Origin: Octopus bimaculoides
Lineage: Eukaryota
Length of the DNA: 34,177 nt
NCBI RefSeq assembly: GCF_001194135.2
Contig: NC_068984.1
Coordinates: 103,230,800 to 103,264,976 of the forward strand
Direction: 5' to 3'
Positions 12,196 through 24,205 of the stretch are shown one piece after another (within the stretch, counting starts at the first letter, position 1; every line of letters begins with the position of its first letter). The position numbers and the translations under genes are program-made. The notes under the pieces were generated by a model. The model had not been told where the DNA came from, searched no databases, and saw only the letters and a program-made list of their open reading frames with translations.

Positions 12196-12518
12196 TCTTT
12201 TTCTTCATTTTGTAGTTTCATCCCGAAGGCAGCGGCCATGATGGGGCACCGTCGTTGCCTTGCTACACTTTCACTAAAACTCCTCCAATGTGTGGAATTT
12301 GGCGAATAAGGGAGTTTGATGTTGCTGCGCTCATCTGTGTTTCATGCCTGAGGTAGGTTCATTCGGAACTCTTGACAGGAGGAGATCCCGTTTTGATTCG
12401 AAGACTCCTACTTCCACCCCATATAGGTTTTGTGGGAGGATATTGAAGAGCTGTAATCCCTTGAAGCCCAAGTTGTTGCAGTATCTAGTCCTGTATCCTA
12501 ATGGCAATGTTGGGATTT
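12196..12518 (-). mobile_element. 3' end of a CR1/L2-group LINE (ORF2 C-terminus plus 3' UTR), 5'-truncated
   Basis: Minus-strand translation IPTLPLGYRTRYCNNLGFKGLQLFNILPQNLYGVEVGVFESKRDLLLSRVPNEPT, then after a frameshift AATSNSLIRQI. This fits the FNxLP...FKxKLDxFLxxVPDxP...AAxSNSL C-terminal pattern of CR1/L2-type ORF2. Confidence 0.8.
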
Positions 12519-12699
12519 TTTTTGTGTGTGTGTGTGTATAGCAAGAAATTTGAACACCTTAGCGCTTCTATTCCGTATTTTATTTACGCCGAACCACCGA
12601 TCAGCGTAACTAGTCACAGTACGATAACGGGAATATAAGACGTATCTATTTCTTGTCAGTTCGTTATGTTACCCTTTCCGGTGTCAAATTCTGGGAAGG

Positions 12700-13630
12700 A
12701 GATAACCACTCCGAAATGAAAACCAAAACTTTCAGATAGGAACCGTCGGACTCTTACGAGAATTGTTAGAAAGGATTACAAAAGTACAGCTCCCAAAATT
12801 ACTGCAGAGCTTAATGACCACCTCGAGAACCCAGTTTCCACAAAACCTGTTCGCCGGGAGCTGCACAAAGCCGGGTTTCATGAGAGGGCTGCAATCAGAA
12901 AGCAACTACTTTCAAAAACAAACGTTGCAAAGCGTTTAGCGTGGAGTAAAAACTCACAGAATTGGTCCCTAGAGCATTGGAAGAATGTTATTTTCTCCGA
13001 CGAATCATCCTTTGCTTTGTTTCCGACCACCGGCCAAGTATACGCGTGGAAATATCCGAAAGAAGCATTTGATCCAGACTGCCTTCTTCCAACTGTTAAA
13101 CATAGAGGAGGATCTTTGATGATCTGGAGGACTATATCTTGAAAATCCGCCGGCCGAATGGTGTCCCTTCATGACAGAATTAATAGTCAAGATTATTTAA
13201 GCATTTTATCTAATCAAATTCATCCTATGATTGCGGAACTGTTTCCAGAGGGAAATACAATCTTTCAGGATGATAATGCACCAATTCACACAGTTAAAGT
13301 TGTTACTGAATAGCACGAGTAACATTCTAGTGAAGTTGAACATCTTATCTGGCCACCATAGTCCCCAGATCTCAATATTATTGAACATTTATGGTGCATT
13401 TTAGAAAAAACAAGTAAGGAGTCGATATCCTCCACCATCATCACTACAAGAACTGGAGACCGTTTTAGCTGAAGAATGAACAAAAATTCCTTTGGAAACA
13501 ATTCAAACTTTGTACGAGTCCATACCTCGAAGAATTCAAGCTGTAATTACTGCCAAAGACGGTCCTACCCCATATTAAAATGAATTTGTTTGAAATTTTA
13601 AGGTGTTTCCTTTATTTTGTCCAACCCCTG
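12700..13630 (+). mobile_element. Tc1/mariner DNA transposon remnant, 5'-truncated, right TIR intact
   Basis: Right TIR ggtgtttcctttattttgtccaacccctg (13602-13630; rc CAGGGGTTGGACAAAATAAAGGAAACACC) followed by TA (13631-13632). No left TIR seen. Confidence 0.92.
12714..13578 (+). pseudogene. Tc1-family transposase pseudogene, DD36E triad
   Basis: KPKLSDRNRRTLTRIVRKDYKSTAPKITAELN..LAWSKNSQNWSLEHWKNVIFSDESSF..TVKHRGGSLMIW..FQDDNAPIH..WPP*SPDLNIIEHLW..YESIPRRIQAVITAKDGPTPY*. Catalytic D 12999, D 13272, E 13383. Stops at 12717, 13140, 13311, 13320, 13359; +1 frameshift ~13405-13410. Confidence 0.95.
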
Positions 13631-13665
13631 TACAGATGAATAGGTTCAAATGTACATAGAATAAC

Positions 13666-13668
13666 AGA

Positions 13669-13713
<45 letters not shown>

Positions 13714-13718
13714 GAGAG

Positions 13719-13758
<40 letters not shown>

Positions 13759-13795
13759 GTGTGTGTGCGCGTGCGTGCGTATGTGTGTGTATGTG
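13666..13795. repeat. (GATA)n/(GA)n/(GT)n compound microsatellite
   Basis: Direct reading. Confidence 0.95.
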
Positions 13796-14625
13796 TAGTT
13801 TGTAACTTCGTTGCAATGAATTTATTTGTTGAAAATGTGCTTTGTACCTTGGAATATAGCATAGAAACAAGCCAATATGCGTGGGTGCACTAGCATATAT
13901 TGAAATTTATCATACATATGTGTACACATACATATAGAGACTTTGCTTTAAATAATTAATGAGCTTTTAAACTTGCGTAGTGTACACAATATTTGTTTTA
14001 AGATCGTCTCTACATCTGGGTTACAAGAGGATTGGTATAGTATTCATCTTTAACCCAAATGGACGCTATAGGGATAAATTTGGTAAATGAATATTTAGAC
14101 ATGCAACAATACTATATGGGAATGAATCAGAGAAGACGGCTGTTATTCTAATGTTTGGTATTTAATTATCCTCATACGATAACATATTGGTGAACTGACT
14201 AACTTATATCATGTAGGAGTACGATGAAAATAATTATCCAAAACCTACTTTGAAAATGTTGGCTACTAAAACAAGGAGTAACAAATAATACAAAGAAAAA
14301 TATTCTAAAAATTAGAACGGCAATATATAGCAATATTTGATATCGACCTGCAATATATGTTTTACATGTGGTCGGAACTGTTATAATGATATCAGGTCAA
14401 TAAACAACCGTGCAAGCAGTAAAAATGTCAATAAAATAACGGTAGATAATTAGAGACGCAAGCTTCGATGACGAAGGAGTGATGGATAAAATAGACTGAA
14501 TGAGATAACGGTACGAAATAGATATACAGCAAATATGTAATGTCATAAAATAAGCTTATGACACGCATATACATCACAAATTATATGTGCATGTGTCTAT
14601 GAGTGTGCGTGTGTGCATATGTATG

Positions 14626-14702
<77 letters not shown>

Positions 14703-15615
14703 NNNNNNNNNNNNNNNNNNNNNNNNNNNNNNNNNNNNNNNNNNNNNNNNNNNNNNNNNNNNNNNNNNNNNNNNNNNNNNNNNNNNNNNNNNNNNNNNNN
14801 NNNNNNNNNNNNNNNNNNNNNNNNNNNNNNNNNNNNNNNNNNNNNNNNNNNNNNNNNNNNNNNNNNNNNNNNNNNNNNNNNNNNNNNNNNNNNNNNNNNN
14901 NNNNNNNNNNNNNNNNNNNNNNNNNNNNNNNNNNNNNNNNNNNNNNNNNNNNNNNNNNNNNNNNNNNNNNNNNNNNNNNNNNNNNNNNNNNNNNNNNNNN
15001 NNNNNNNNNNNNNNNNNNNNNNNNNNNNNNNNNNNNNNNNNNNNNNNNNNNNNNNNNNNNNNNNNNNNNNNNNNNNNNNNNNNNNNNNNNNNNNNNNNNN
15101 NNNNNNNNNNNNNNNNNNNNNNNNNNNNNNNNNNNNNNNNNNNNNNNNNNNNNNNNNNNNNNNNNNNNNNNNNNNNNNNNNNNNNNNNNNNNNNNNNNNN
15201 NNNNNNNNNNNNNNNNNNNNNNNNNNNNNNNNNNNNNNNNNNNNNNNNNNNNNNNNNNNNNNNNNNNNNNNNNNNNNNNNNNNNNNNNNNNNNNNNNNNN
15301 NNNNNNNNNNNNNNNNNNNNNNNNNNNNNNNNNNNNNNNNNNNNNNNNNNNNNNNNNNNNNNNNNNNNNNNNNNNNNNNNNNNNNNNNNNNNNNNNNNNN
15401 NNNNNNNNNNNNNNNNNNNNNNNNNNNNNNNNNNNNNNNNNNNNNGAATGATGTTCTACATCCGAAGGACTGAGATCAAGAGGAGATAAGAAGTATTGAC
15501 TGGTGAGCATAGGTTTAAGGAAACATAAAGACATCGTGTGGGAGGGGGTATGCATGCATAAATAGGAGATTTGGTGAAAGAGTCTATGTTGGTATTTCTG
15601 TTCTGTAGTGTAGAA

Positions 15616-15986
15616 TCTTTATCTTTTTTACTTGTTTCAGTCATTAAACTGAGGCCATACTGGAGCACCGCCTTGAAGAATTTTTAGTCGAATTCTTATT
15701 TTTTCTTTCCTTTTTTTTTTTTTTGCTAAGTCTGGTACTTATTCTATCAGTTTCTTTTGCCGAACTGCTAAGTTATGGGGATATACGCACACCAGTACCG
15801 GTTGTCAAGCGGTGGTGGGGACAAACAAAAACACACACACAGATATATATACGACGGGCTTCTTCCAGTTTTCGTCAACCAAATCCATTGACAAGGTTAT
15901 GGTCGGTCTGAGGCTATAGTAGAAGACACTTTCCCAAGGTGTCACGCGGAGTCATGTGGTTAGAAAGCAAGCTTCTTACCATACAG
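15616..15986 (-). mobile_element. SINE family B, split by the hAT insertion (remaining head bases at 19335-19350)
   Basis: rc tail cttgtttcagtcatt..gagcaccgccttgaagaa; rc head ..gcaagcttcttaccatacag | hAT | ccacacagccgcacct. Confidence 0.9.
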
Positions 15987-18900
15987 CAGTGGCGGATCTA
16001 CCATAAAACTAATGAAGCTTAAGCTTCAGGACCCCTAATCCCGAAGGGGCCCCTCTGAAGCAACTTAATTTTTTCATTCTGTTACCAGTCTTAGTGAACG
16101 TCATATCATACTCCTACGCACAGTCTTGACACGCAGTGTATAGCCACGAGTTGTTCACCTGCTGTTTCTGCCGGTGTGGAGTAGCATGAAAAAATAAAAG
16201 TACAAACGAGTCGCAGATAATTTGCTTTACTTGAATTACTTTGGAGACTTCAGCCCTACTCCTCCCATTATCAAATATGTCTACTACTACATCAGCACAG
16301 TCGAGATAAGAATTCTTATTTTCACACCACTATTTAATGACCAATGAAAGGGTTTGCTTCCTAATTTTGGACATACAACCTGTTCAGTAACAAAGCATTT
16401 TTTCTACTTTAAAAATTGTTTGAGTATCACTTTATTCAAAATGAACGATTCCTCATTTATAACTATATATTAAGTTGTGGATACTTATCTTGATCGATCT
16501 CTGTCTCACTGTAGCTAATGAAAATATTACCCCAATTTCTTTTTTTTTTTTTTTTTTCACAGAGGTCTAGGCCCCAAGGGGAATAGCAATGTCTTCAAGA
16601 AATTACTTAAGCGGATACCAGAAACGCTAGCTCAAGGAAAAGCAATCTAANNNNNNNNNNNNNNNNNNNNNNNNNNNNNNNNNNNNNNNNNNNNNNNNNN
16701 NNNNNNNNNNNNNNNNNNNNNNNNNNNNNNNNNNNNNNNNNNNNNNNNNNNNNNNNNNNNNNNNNNNNNNNNNNNNNNNNNNNNNNNNNNNNNNNNNNNT
16801 TTTTTTTTTTTTTTTTTTTCACAGAGGTCTAGGCCCCAAGGGGAATAGCAATGTCTTCAAGAAATTACTTAAGCGGATACCAGAAACGCTAGCTCAAGGA
16901 AAAGCAATCTAACGAAATTTTTAAATGTCAAAAACGATCAAACTATTTTACGATGTCAAGTAAAAATTTGTCATCACCTGCAACTGAAACAAGCCATGCA
17001 AGCACCGGTGAAGTTAATGATAGTGCGCAAACCATGAGTGCTCTGTTTAGCAATAATCAACCTACTGTTGACACTTTTGGTGTAGATGATGATCAAGGTG
17101 GTTAAGAACTTCGAGAAAAGAGAGAGCAGAAACAGGAAACAGGAAGCAAATTTAGTGATTTCAAAGAATACAGCGACCTGGCAAATTGGCCCGTAACAAT
17201 TGATAATGATTTCATACAAAACTGTTTAATGCAAGACATTAGTTTTTTTGTTTTTTTGTTTTTTTTTTTCAAAATAAAAAACCAGTTAATGTATACATTG
17301 AATCCATCAAGATTTACAAACAGCAAAATTGAAATTTCTCAAGCAAGTACTTTGAAAAAGGGATTGAAAAATTGTCAGGCTCTGATGAGATCCTGGTTAG
17401 TTTACTCAAAGAGCAGAATCTTATCTAAATGCTAAATATCACAACGGGTGGGTTTTTTCTGATTCCATGAATATACCCAGAACTCTAGAAAATCATGAAG
17501 ATAGCATGGAACATAACGGCGATGTTAAAGTGGCTAACACAAAAGTCAAATAAAAACACTGTGGATCAGCAACTTGAGGAACAGTTGAGAAAAAACATGC
17601 AAAACTATTATGAAGTACTCAACAGAGTTGTAGCGGTCATAAAGTTTTTAAGTGAAAAAGATTTAGTATTTAGAGGTCATGAGGAAAAGTGGAGCGCCCC
17701 AAACAATGGAAATTTCATGGGGGTCATTCAGTTTATTGCGGAGTTTGACCCATTTTTACATGAACATTTAGAGAAATGTAAAAATGAAAAAGTAAATATT
17801 ACCTATCCAAATCTGTGTATGAAGAATTGATAGAAATCATGGGAAAACTTGTGAAAGAGGAAGTGGTGAATCAGATCAACAGCCTAGATATCAAATATTA
17901 CTGAATTATTGTTGACTCTACACTTGACATGACACATGTTGACCAGCTGGTAATTGTGGTTTGATATTGTTTTAATGGAAAACCCTGTGAGAGATTTTTA
18001 ACATTTTTGCCAATAGAAAAATATTCATCTACGACCTTATTCAACGAAATAGCAATTTCTGGGGGAGCATAAGCTTTCACTTGGAAATATCCGTGGTCAG
18101 TCGTACGATAATGCTTCCAACATAAAGGGATCGGAGAAAGGGCTGCAAGCACTTCTTAAAAACTTTAACAGGTATGCAGACTATGTACTATGCGGAAGCT
18201 AATCATTCAACCTTGCTTGATAAAAGGCAGTGTCTATTGAACCTGAAGTCGTTGACTATTTTGGCATCTTGCAGCAGTTGTATGTTTTCTTTTCTGAATC
18301 TCCTCGAACACAGAGGATTTTAAACACACAGGGCAATCTAGCCTTTTCTCTAAACAGCTTAAGTGTAATTAGATGGTCTGCACACAATGAAGCAATCCGG
18401 GCAATTAAAAATGGATATGTTTGGAAACTCAGAAAAGATGCCTGAATGTAAGCGAAATGCAAAGAATTTTTATCACAAGTTGGTAAATTTGGAATATGCT
18501 GTTTTAACAGTCGTCTGGGAAGAAGTTAACAAAACAAGTAAGAAACTCCAAACTCCTGATTCTGATGTATTTGAAGGTTACCTTCTGCTAGCATCTTTTC
18601 TTTCATTTGTTAAAGAACTACGAGAAAATTCAGCCGACAGGATTGCACACTATGAATCAGTAACAAAAGGTTTATGTGAATATATCACCTCAAATCATTC
18701 TGATGTTTCCAAACGCATTGTTACAAAGAAATTTGCAGATAGAACAAGTGAGAGGACTTCTTTAAAAGGGGATGAAAAATTTAGGAAAGAAGTTCTAAAT
18801 CAAGTTCTATGACTGCTTGATAATCCAGTTAAGCTTTCCTTTGTTACGAATAAATTTCAGTCTACCATGACTGAAGAGCATATTGTCTCTAGAAAATGAC

Positions 18901-19334
18901 TTTGTAAGGAAGATGTCATATGACAAAACTGTTGCTACAAAAAACAGAAAAAAAGAATATTTTGTAATTTTTATACGTATCTTAATGATGCATTAACGCT
19001 TCCCTAATTTTCAACCCCCATAACTCTAAAAGTATAAGGCATAGCCTGGAAAATATTTGTAGTGATCTGCCATGGAACAACCACATCGACAAAGGTATCA
19101 GTGATTACCCACACCTCGTTTTTGATGGAAAGAGAGCTCACTTTCAGACTCATTATTAAGGATTCCACATGACAACTCCACCATTTAGGCTATCAGGATC
19201 TCAAGATTGAGTCCCTGGCAAGAGCACGAAAATTCTTTGAGCCTTGTTGGATGTTACCCTACTGTTGCTGGTAGTAAAGAGTGCCCCCATAACATTTTAA
19301 GCTTCAGGGCCGCAATATTGTAGATCCGCCACTG
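15987..19334 (+). mobile_element. hAT-superfamily DNA transposon (Tip100/ZMYM1-like DUF4371-type transposase), both ends intact
   Basis: Perfect 15-bp TIRs CAGTGGCGGATCTAC (15987-16001) / GTAGATCCGCCACTG (19320-19334); 8-bp TSD ccatacag (15979-15986) / ccacacag (19335-19342). Confidence 0.95.
16851..18960 (+). pseudogene. hAT transposase pseudogene (stops, frameshifts, internal deletions)
   Basis: MSSRNYLSGYQKR* start; RSWLVYSKS and GFSDSMNIPRTLENHEDSMEH (TTF zinc-finger remnants); LVFRGHEEKWSAPNNGNFMGVIQFIAEFDPFLHEHL (DUF4371-like); YY*IIVDSTLDMTHVDQL (first catalytic D at 17914); RWSAHNEAIRAIK; KLSFVTNKFQSTM and LENDFVRKMSYDK (end of the hATC dimerisation domain). Confidence 0.9.
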
Positions 19335-19405
19335 CCACACAGCCGCACCTAGAAGTTGATATAGTGAATTAAAGTATGCGCGTTTTGTTCAATGAATAAC
19401 AATGT

Positions 19406-19445
<40 letters not shown>

Positions 19446-20500
19446 ACATGTGCATTCGACGGTTAATGGATGTAGCGTAAAGGACGTGGGGTTTGAAGCC
19501 CACAAATGGGCGCTTATCAGCATGGAGATGTTACGAGAATAGACAGTATTAAAGAACTGCAACTCGATTATTGATCCCAAATAGATGGGCTATTTTGAAC
19601 AAGAAAATGAGTTGTTATTTACGATGCAAACAGGAGACGGGAGCTCCATGGTGTAGAAGACCACCGGTGCCAAACTACAGGTAGGTGTTGCCAAGAGAAG
19701 TAATGTGAAGGATAACGGGATGGAGCAAATTGATTTTGTTTCGTCAAACGTTAAATAAATATTCCTGAAAACGATTGACCAATCAGCGGGATGAAACAAA
19801 TGATGGTTCTCTAACCGTGACCTTTTCGATTTTCCTTTCTGTTTTTTTTTTTCTTTTTTGCAAGGACTACAGGAAAATATTATTCAATGTATCCTTTATT
19901 TATATATATATNNNNNNNNNNNNNNNNNNNNNNNNNNNNNNNNNNNNNNNNNNNNNNNNNNNNNNNNNNNNNNNNNNNNNNNNNNNNNNNNNNNNNNNNN
20001 NNNNNNNNNNNNNNNNNNNNNNNNNNNNNNNNNNNNNNNNNNNNNNNNNNNNNNNNNNNNNNNNNNNNNNNNNNNNNNNNNNNNNNNNNNNNNNNNNNNN
20101 NNNNNNNNNNNNNNNNNNNNNNNNNNNNNNNNNNNNNNNNNNNNNNNNNNNNNNNNNNNNNNNNNNNNNNNNNNNNNNNNNNNNNNNNNNNNNNNNNNNN
20201 NNNNNNNNNNNNNNNNNNNNNNNNNNNNNNNNNNNNNNNNNNNNNNNNNNNNNNNNNNNNNNNNNNNNNNNNNNNNNNNNNNNNNNNNNNNNNNNNNNNN
20301 NNNNNNNNNNNNNNNNNNNNNNNNNNNNNNNNNNNNNNNNNNNNNNNNNNNNNNNNNNNNNNNNNNNNNNNNNNNNNNNNNNNNNNNNNNNNNNNNNNNN
20401 NNNNNNNNNNNNNNNNNNNNNNNNNNNNNNNNNNNNNNNNNNNNNNNNNNNNNNNNNNNNNNNNNNNNNNNNNNNNNNNNNNNNNNNNNNNNNNNNNNNN

Positions 20501-20665
20501 GTGTGTTTACGTCCCCGTAACTTAGCGGTTCGGCAAAAGAGGCCGATAGAATAAGTACTGGGCATCATCCAAAGAATAAGTCCTGGGGTCGATTTGCTCG
20601 GCTAAAGGCGGTGCTCCAGCATGGCCACAGTCAAAGGACTGAAACAAGTAAAAGGGTAAAAGAGT
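20501..20665 (+). mobile_element. SINE family B 3' half (5' half probably in the preceding gap)
   Basis: gtgtttacgtccccgtaacttagcggttcggcaaaagag..aaggcggtgctccagcatggccacag..gactgaaacaagtaaaag. Confidence 0.9.
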
Positions 20666-20959
20666 ATATATATATATAACTATATTGCATGATTTGAGGG
20701 AAATTTTACTGTACTATCCCATTGACACGCCATTAAAAACAGATGATAGTGGTGCGTCGGCGATGAGGTTGGTAGCTGTAGGCGAGAGGATTTAAAAGGA
20801 GATGGGATGTTCTATGATGGTAGACACTAGTTGTTGGTTGTGCTGGGTATTGTTGTAGGGAAAATTTACTGAAGATCAAGAGACTGAAGAATTGCCGAAC
20901 TGTTTAATTCTCCTGTGTTCTTTCCTCACGGCATTAATATTACGCTTTGTTCGCTGTTT

Positions 20960-21158
20960 ATTATTACATTATATATGTATATCTTTCGCTATCTAAACAT
21001 ATAGATATACATTTATACTATATGTGTGCGTGTGTATACATGTACTATGTTTATATTACATTTATGAAAACTATAAAGATTATGCATACATTTATGTGTA
21101 TGTATGCATGTATGCATTTATGCATGTATGTAACTATGTGTGGATGTATGTAGGATTT

Positions 21159-21193
<35 letters not shown>

Positions 21194-21370
21194 GTATGTA
21201 TGTATGCATGTATATGTATATAGATATACATAATATACATGTATGTATGAATGTATGCCTATATGTATATAGATATACATAATATACATGTATGTATGAA
21301 TGTATGCCTATATGTATGTACATGTGTTTGTGAGCGTGTGTGTGTGTGCGTGTGTGTGCGCGCGTGTGTG
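20960..21370. repeat. TA/TG-rich low-complexity tract with a perfect 49-bp tandem duplication (21211-21308)
   Basis: tatatgtatatagatatacataatatacatgtatgtatgaatgtatgcc occurs twice in tandem. Confidence 0.9.
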
Positions 21371-21824
21371 TATTCGGCAAACAAAATTTATGTCAATATC
21401 TATAGGCGAGTGTATAGCTTTACTAACATTTCTAATTGAAAGTGTGTATTTGATCTTTAGATATGTTTCTATCTTGAAATAAATAGATTTTCTCTTTTAG
21501 ACGAACCGAACGTAAAAGTAGATTTCTAATTAGGTACATATTATGTTTCTCGGCGGGAGAGAAGAAGCCACGCTAGCAATATGTCACGTGTGAAGTTGTC
21601 GTAATGACGACGAGAAAGAGCTGGTTGAAATGTTTGCAATAAATAAATGTAATAATAATCTGCAAAAATACATAACCGAATTCTGTTCGGTTCGGTTTCT
21701 TCATTTTACATTCTCTCTTAAAATCCAGCCTAAATCTTTAACTGAGACCGATGGATTAAGAACTGCTGCTGTTGTGGTCGTCGTTATCCTTGGTGCTGGT
21801 GTTGCCGTTGCTGTTGTTGTTATT

Positions 21825-21825
<1 letters not shown>

Positions 21826-21909
<84 letters not shown>

Positions 21910-21919
21910 CGGTGGCGGT
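21826..21919. repeat. (GCA)n-(GTA)n compound triplet repeat
   Basis: Direct reading; followed by a gap. Confidence 0.95.
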
Positions 21920-23173
21920 NNNNNNNNNNNNNNNNNNNNNNNNNNNNNNNNNNNNNNNNNNNNNNNNNNNNNNNNNNNNNNNNNNNNNNNNNNNNNNNNN
22001 NNNNNNNNNNNNNNNNNNNNNNNNNNNNNNNNNNNNNNNNNNNNNNNNNNNNNNNNNNNNNNNNNNNNNNNNNNNNNNNNNNNNNNNNNNNNNNNNNNNN
22101 NNNNNNNNNNNNNNNNNNNNNNNNNNNNNNNNNNNNNNNNNNNNNNNNNTAGGAGTTGTAGTTGTTATAGCTCTTCCACTGATATTGATGAACCATGCTC
22201 AAAGGAACACCATCAGTGACCATCCCATCGGCAACATGTTCTTATCTATTTTCCGTTTTTTAGATGGTAAGTTTTGGGGTGGTTTTAGACGGTGGCTAGT
22301 CTGGAACTAAACAGCAGCAACTAGAACAGTAACAACAACAACAATGTGTTCCTGAATCATCGGGTTGAGTATTTCACGGGCCTCTTGAACAAATATTCCT
22401 CGCGAGTAAAACAAAGGCTGGGTACATAGCAACGTTTAAACTCCTATTCACGCCTTCAGCAAATGAAACATACACTACAAGTAGACGCTAGATTTGTCAT
22501 AGCGCTGAAAAAAAAAATAAGCAAACATCGCGTGTTTAGTTACATCTGTTTATTGTCTAAGTTCAAATCCTGCACGGAATGGTTCTGCTTTTCACTCCAC
22601 CTTGGACAATAAAACCGATACCAGTAATATTACACACTAGCTTAAAAGCCGCAGTCCGTGCGGACTTTCAAACTAGGTCCTGCGGAGGGTCAATTGGGCC
22701 TACGACCCAAAACTGAGGAGAGCTAAGTAGCATGACTATAATGCGTCTATAATGACAATATGCCTCGGTGGTGTTTGAGCAGAGGTTAATTCTGTAATGC
22801 AATCATTCCATTGCTCCAGTCCCTATTTGAATTCCAACTGTTGGCCTGTTTGTCCCGCAGTTCTTATCTCGACGTAAAGTTAACGAAGCGAATGTCATTT
22901 ATCTCCCCCTTGATCTCTGACGTTATCTGACAAATGCCAACCAAGATGGCGTGAATCAGCAAAGCATTACCTGCTAGAAATAGCAACCCAAATAATTTTA
23001 AATCAGATCCCAATGCTGGATGTTCAAGAACCAATGAAGGGCAGATTTTCAATCCCGCGATCATCCTGATTTCAAACTGATGTTATTTGTCTGTGTAGAG
23101 TAAATGTAGACTGAGGTACAGGGGTTCCAGACGGATAGAGAGAATTTCGCTTTTAATATCATAGATATCTACT

Positions 23174-23380
23174 AAGGCGGCGATCTGGTAGAATTGTTAG
23201 CACGGCAGGACAAATACTCAGAGGCATTTCGTCTGTCTTTACGTTAAAATTCCACCGAGGTTGACTTTAACTTTCATCCTTTCGGAGTTGATAAAATAAG
23301 TACCAACTGAATAATGGTGTAGATATAATCGGCTTAATCCCTCCCCGAACTTGCTGACCTTGTGCCAAAATTTGAAAGCA
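23174..23380 (+). mobile_element. SINE family A
   Basis: aaggcggcgatctggtagaattgttagc..gttgataaaataagtacc..ccttgtgccaaaatttgaaa. Confidence 0.88.
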
Positions 23381-23420
23381 GCATCATACATGTCTATATT
23401 CTTATCTCATAATCTATAGA

Positions 23421-23719
23421 TGTAACTATAGATTATTAAAGTGGCTGAGACAGCGTTGATGTTTGTGTATTGGTCAAGAACAGGGCAGTTGACTAACTGA
23501 GCCAGAATGACAGAGCCCACGAAGGTTTTTGCGTATTGGTCAAGGAGAAAACAATGATTTAACAGAGTGAGACTGGTTGAGTCAAATAAATAGAGCCAGC
23601 AATGATTTCTGTGCGTTGGTCAAGGAAATTTTGAAGGTGGAACGAGTTACTCTCAGCTTCCTACTCCGGCAGAAAATCACAAGTCTCTGTTTTTGGATCC
23701 CTTAATCCCTTAATCTACA
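23421..23719. mobile_element. Possible solo LTR or unknown repeat with three degenerate internal units
   Basis: TG...CA ends, short terminal inverted match (tatagatta 23427 / taatctaca 23711), AATAAA, three ttggtcaag units. No TSD found. Confidence 0.3.
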
Positions 23720-24205
23720 GAATTACAGACGCTCGCACACACGCATACACAGGCACAGACGCGCGCGCGACATTGTCCCTGATCAAAGACACTGCACAGG
23801 TGATGGGATGCAAACTTCGTTATAGTATATTTCAAGATGTATCAATTATTATATATTAAGTATCGATCGTAGTCGGCTCAATAAACTTGATTCGTTATGC
23901 TATCAAAAGGAATCGATTAGTGACGATGAAATTCAGCATTACAAACTAAAAGGCAGTCAATTGTTTTCTCTGAACATGTCGTAGACCCGAGCGGCATCTA
24001 TGTTTACACTTCGATCATCTACCACCTGGATTAATATTGATTTCTAATATTGACACAATAAAACAGTGTTCGGATGAGATGTAGAGTTGATAATAACTAT
24101 TGCAGTACGTATTTCATTTTTATGGAGTCCTGTAAGAATGAAATGACGATTCGGGGAGATTTTTTAACTCAGAACGTAAAGTGAAGTAGATAAAGATAAC
24201 AGTGT

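Noticed and set aside
10217-15555. Many 170-324 aa ORFs around the gaps (also 19775-20568, 21630-22310)
   Set aside because: Made of N runs and dinucleotide repeats; not coding evidence.
16540-16910. Identical ~110-bp duplication (16540-16650 and 16800-16910) giving two transposase starts
   Set aside because: 100% identical, anchored on poly-T and straddling a 149-N gap: an unmerged contig overlap rather than biology.
19061-19093. SDLPWNNHIDK peptide inside the hAT 3' region, like the LINE 'DLxWxxHI' motif
   Set aside because: Only about 10 residues with no supporting flanking homology; too short to claim a captured LINE piece.
19584-19686. Possible exon (tag|...cag|gtaggt); similar candidate at ~11520-11625
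   Set aside because: Weak acceptor context and unrecognisable peptide; cannot be supported without RNA data.
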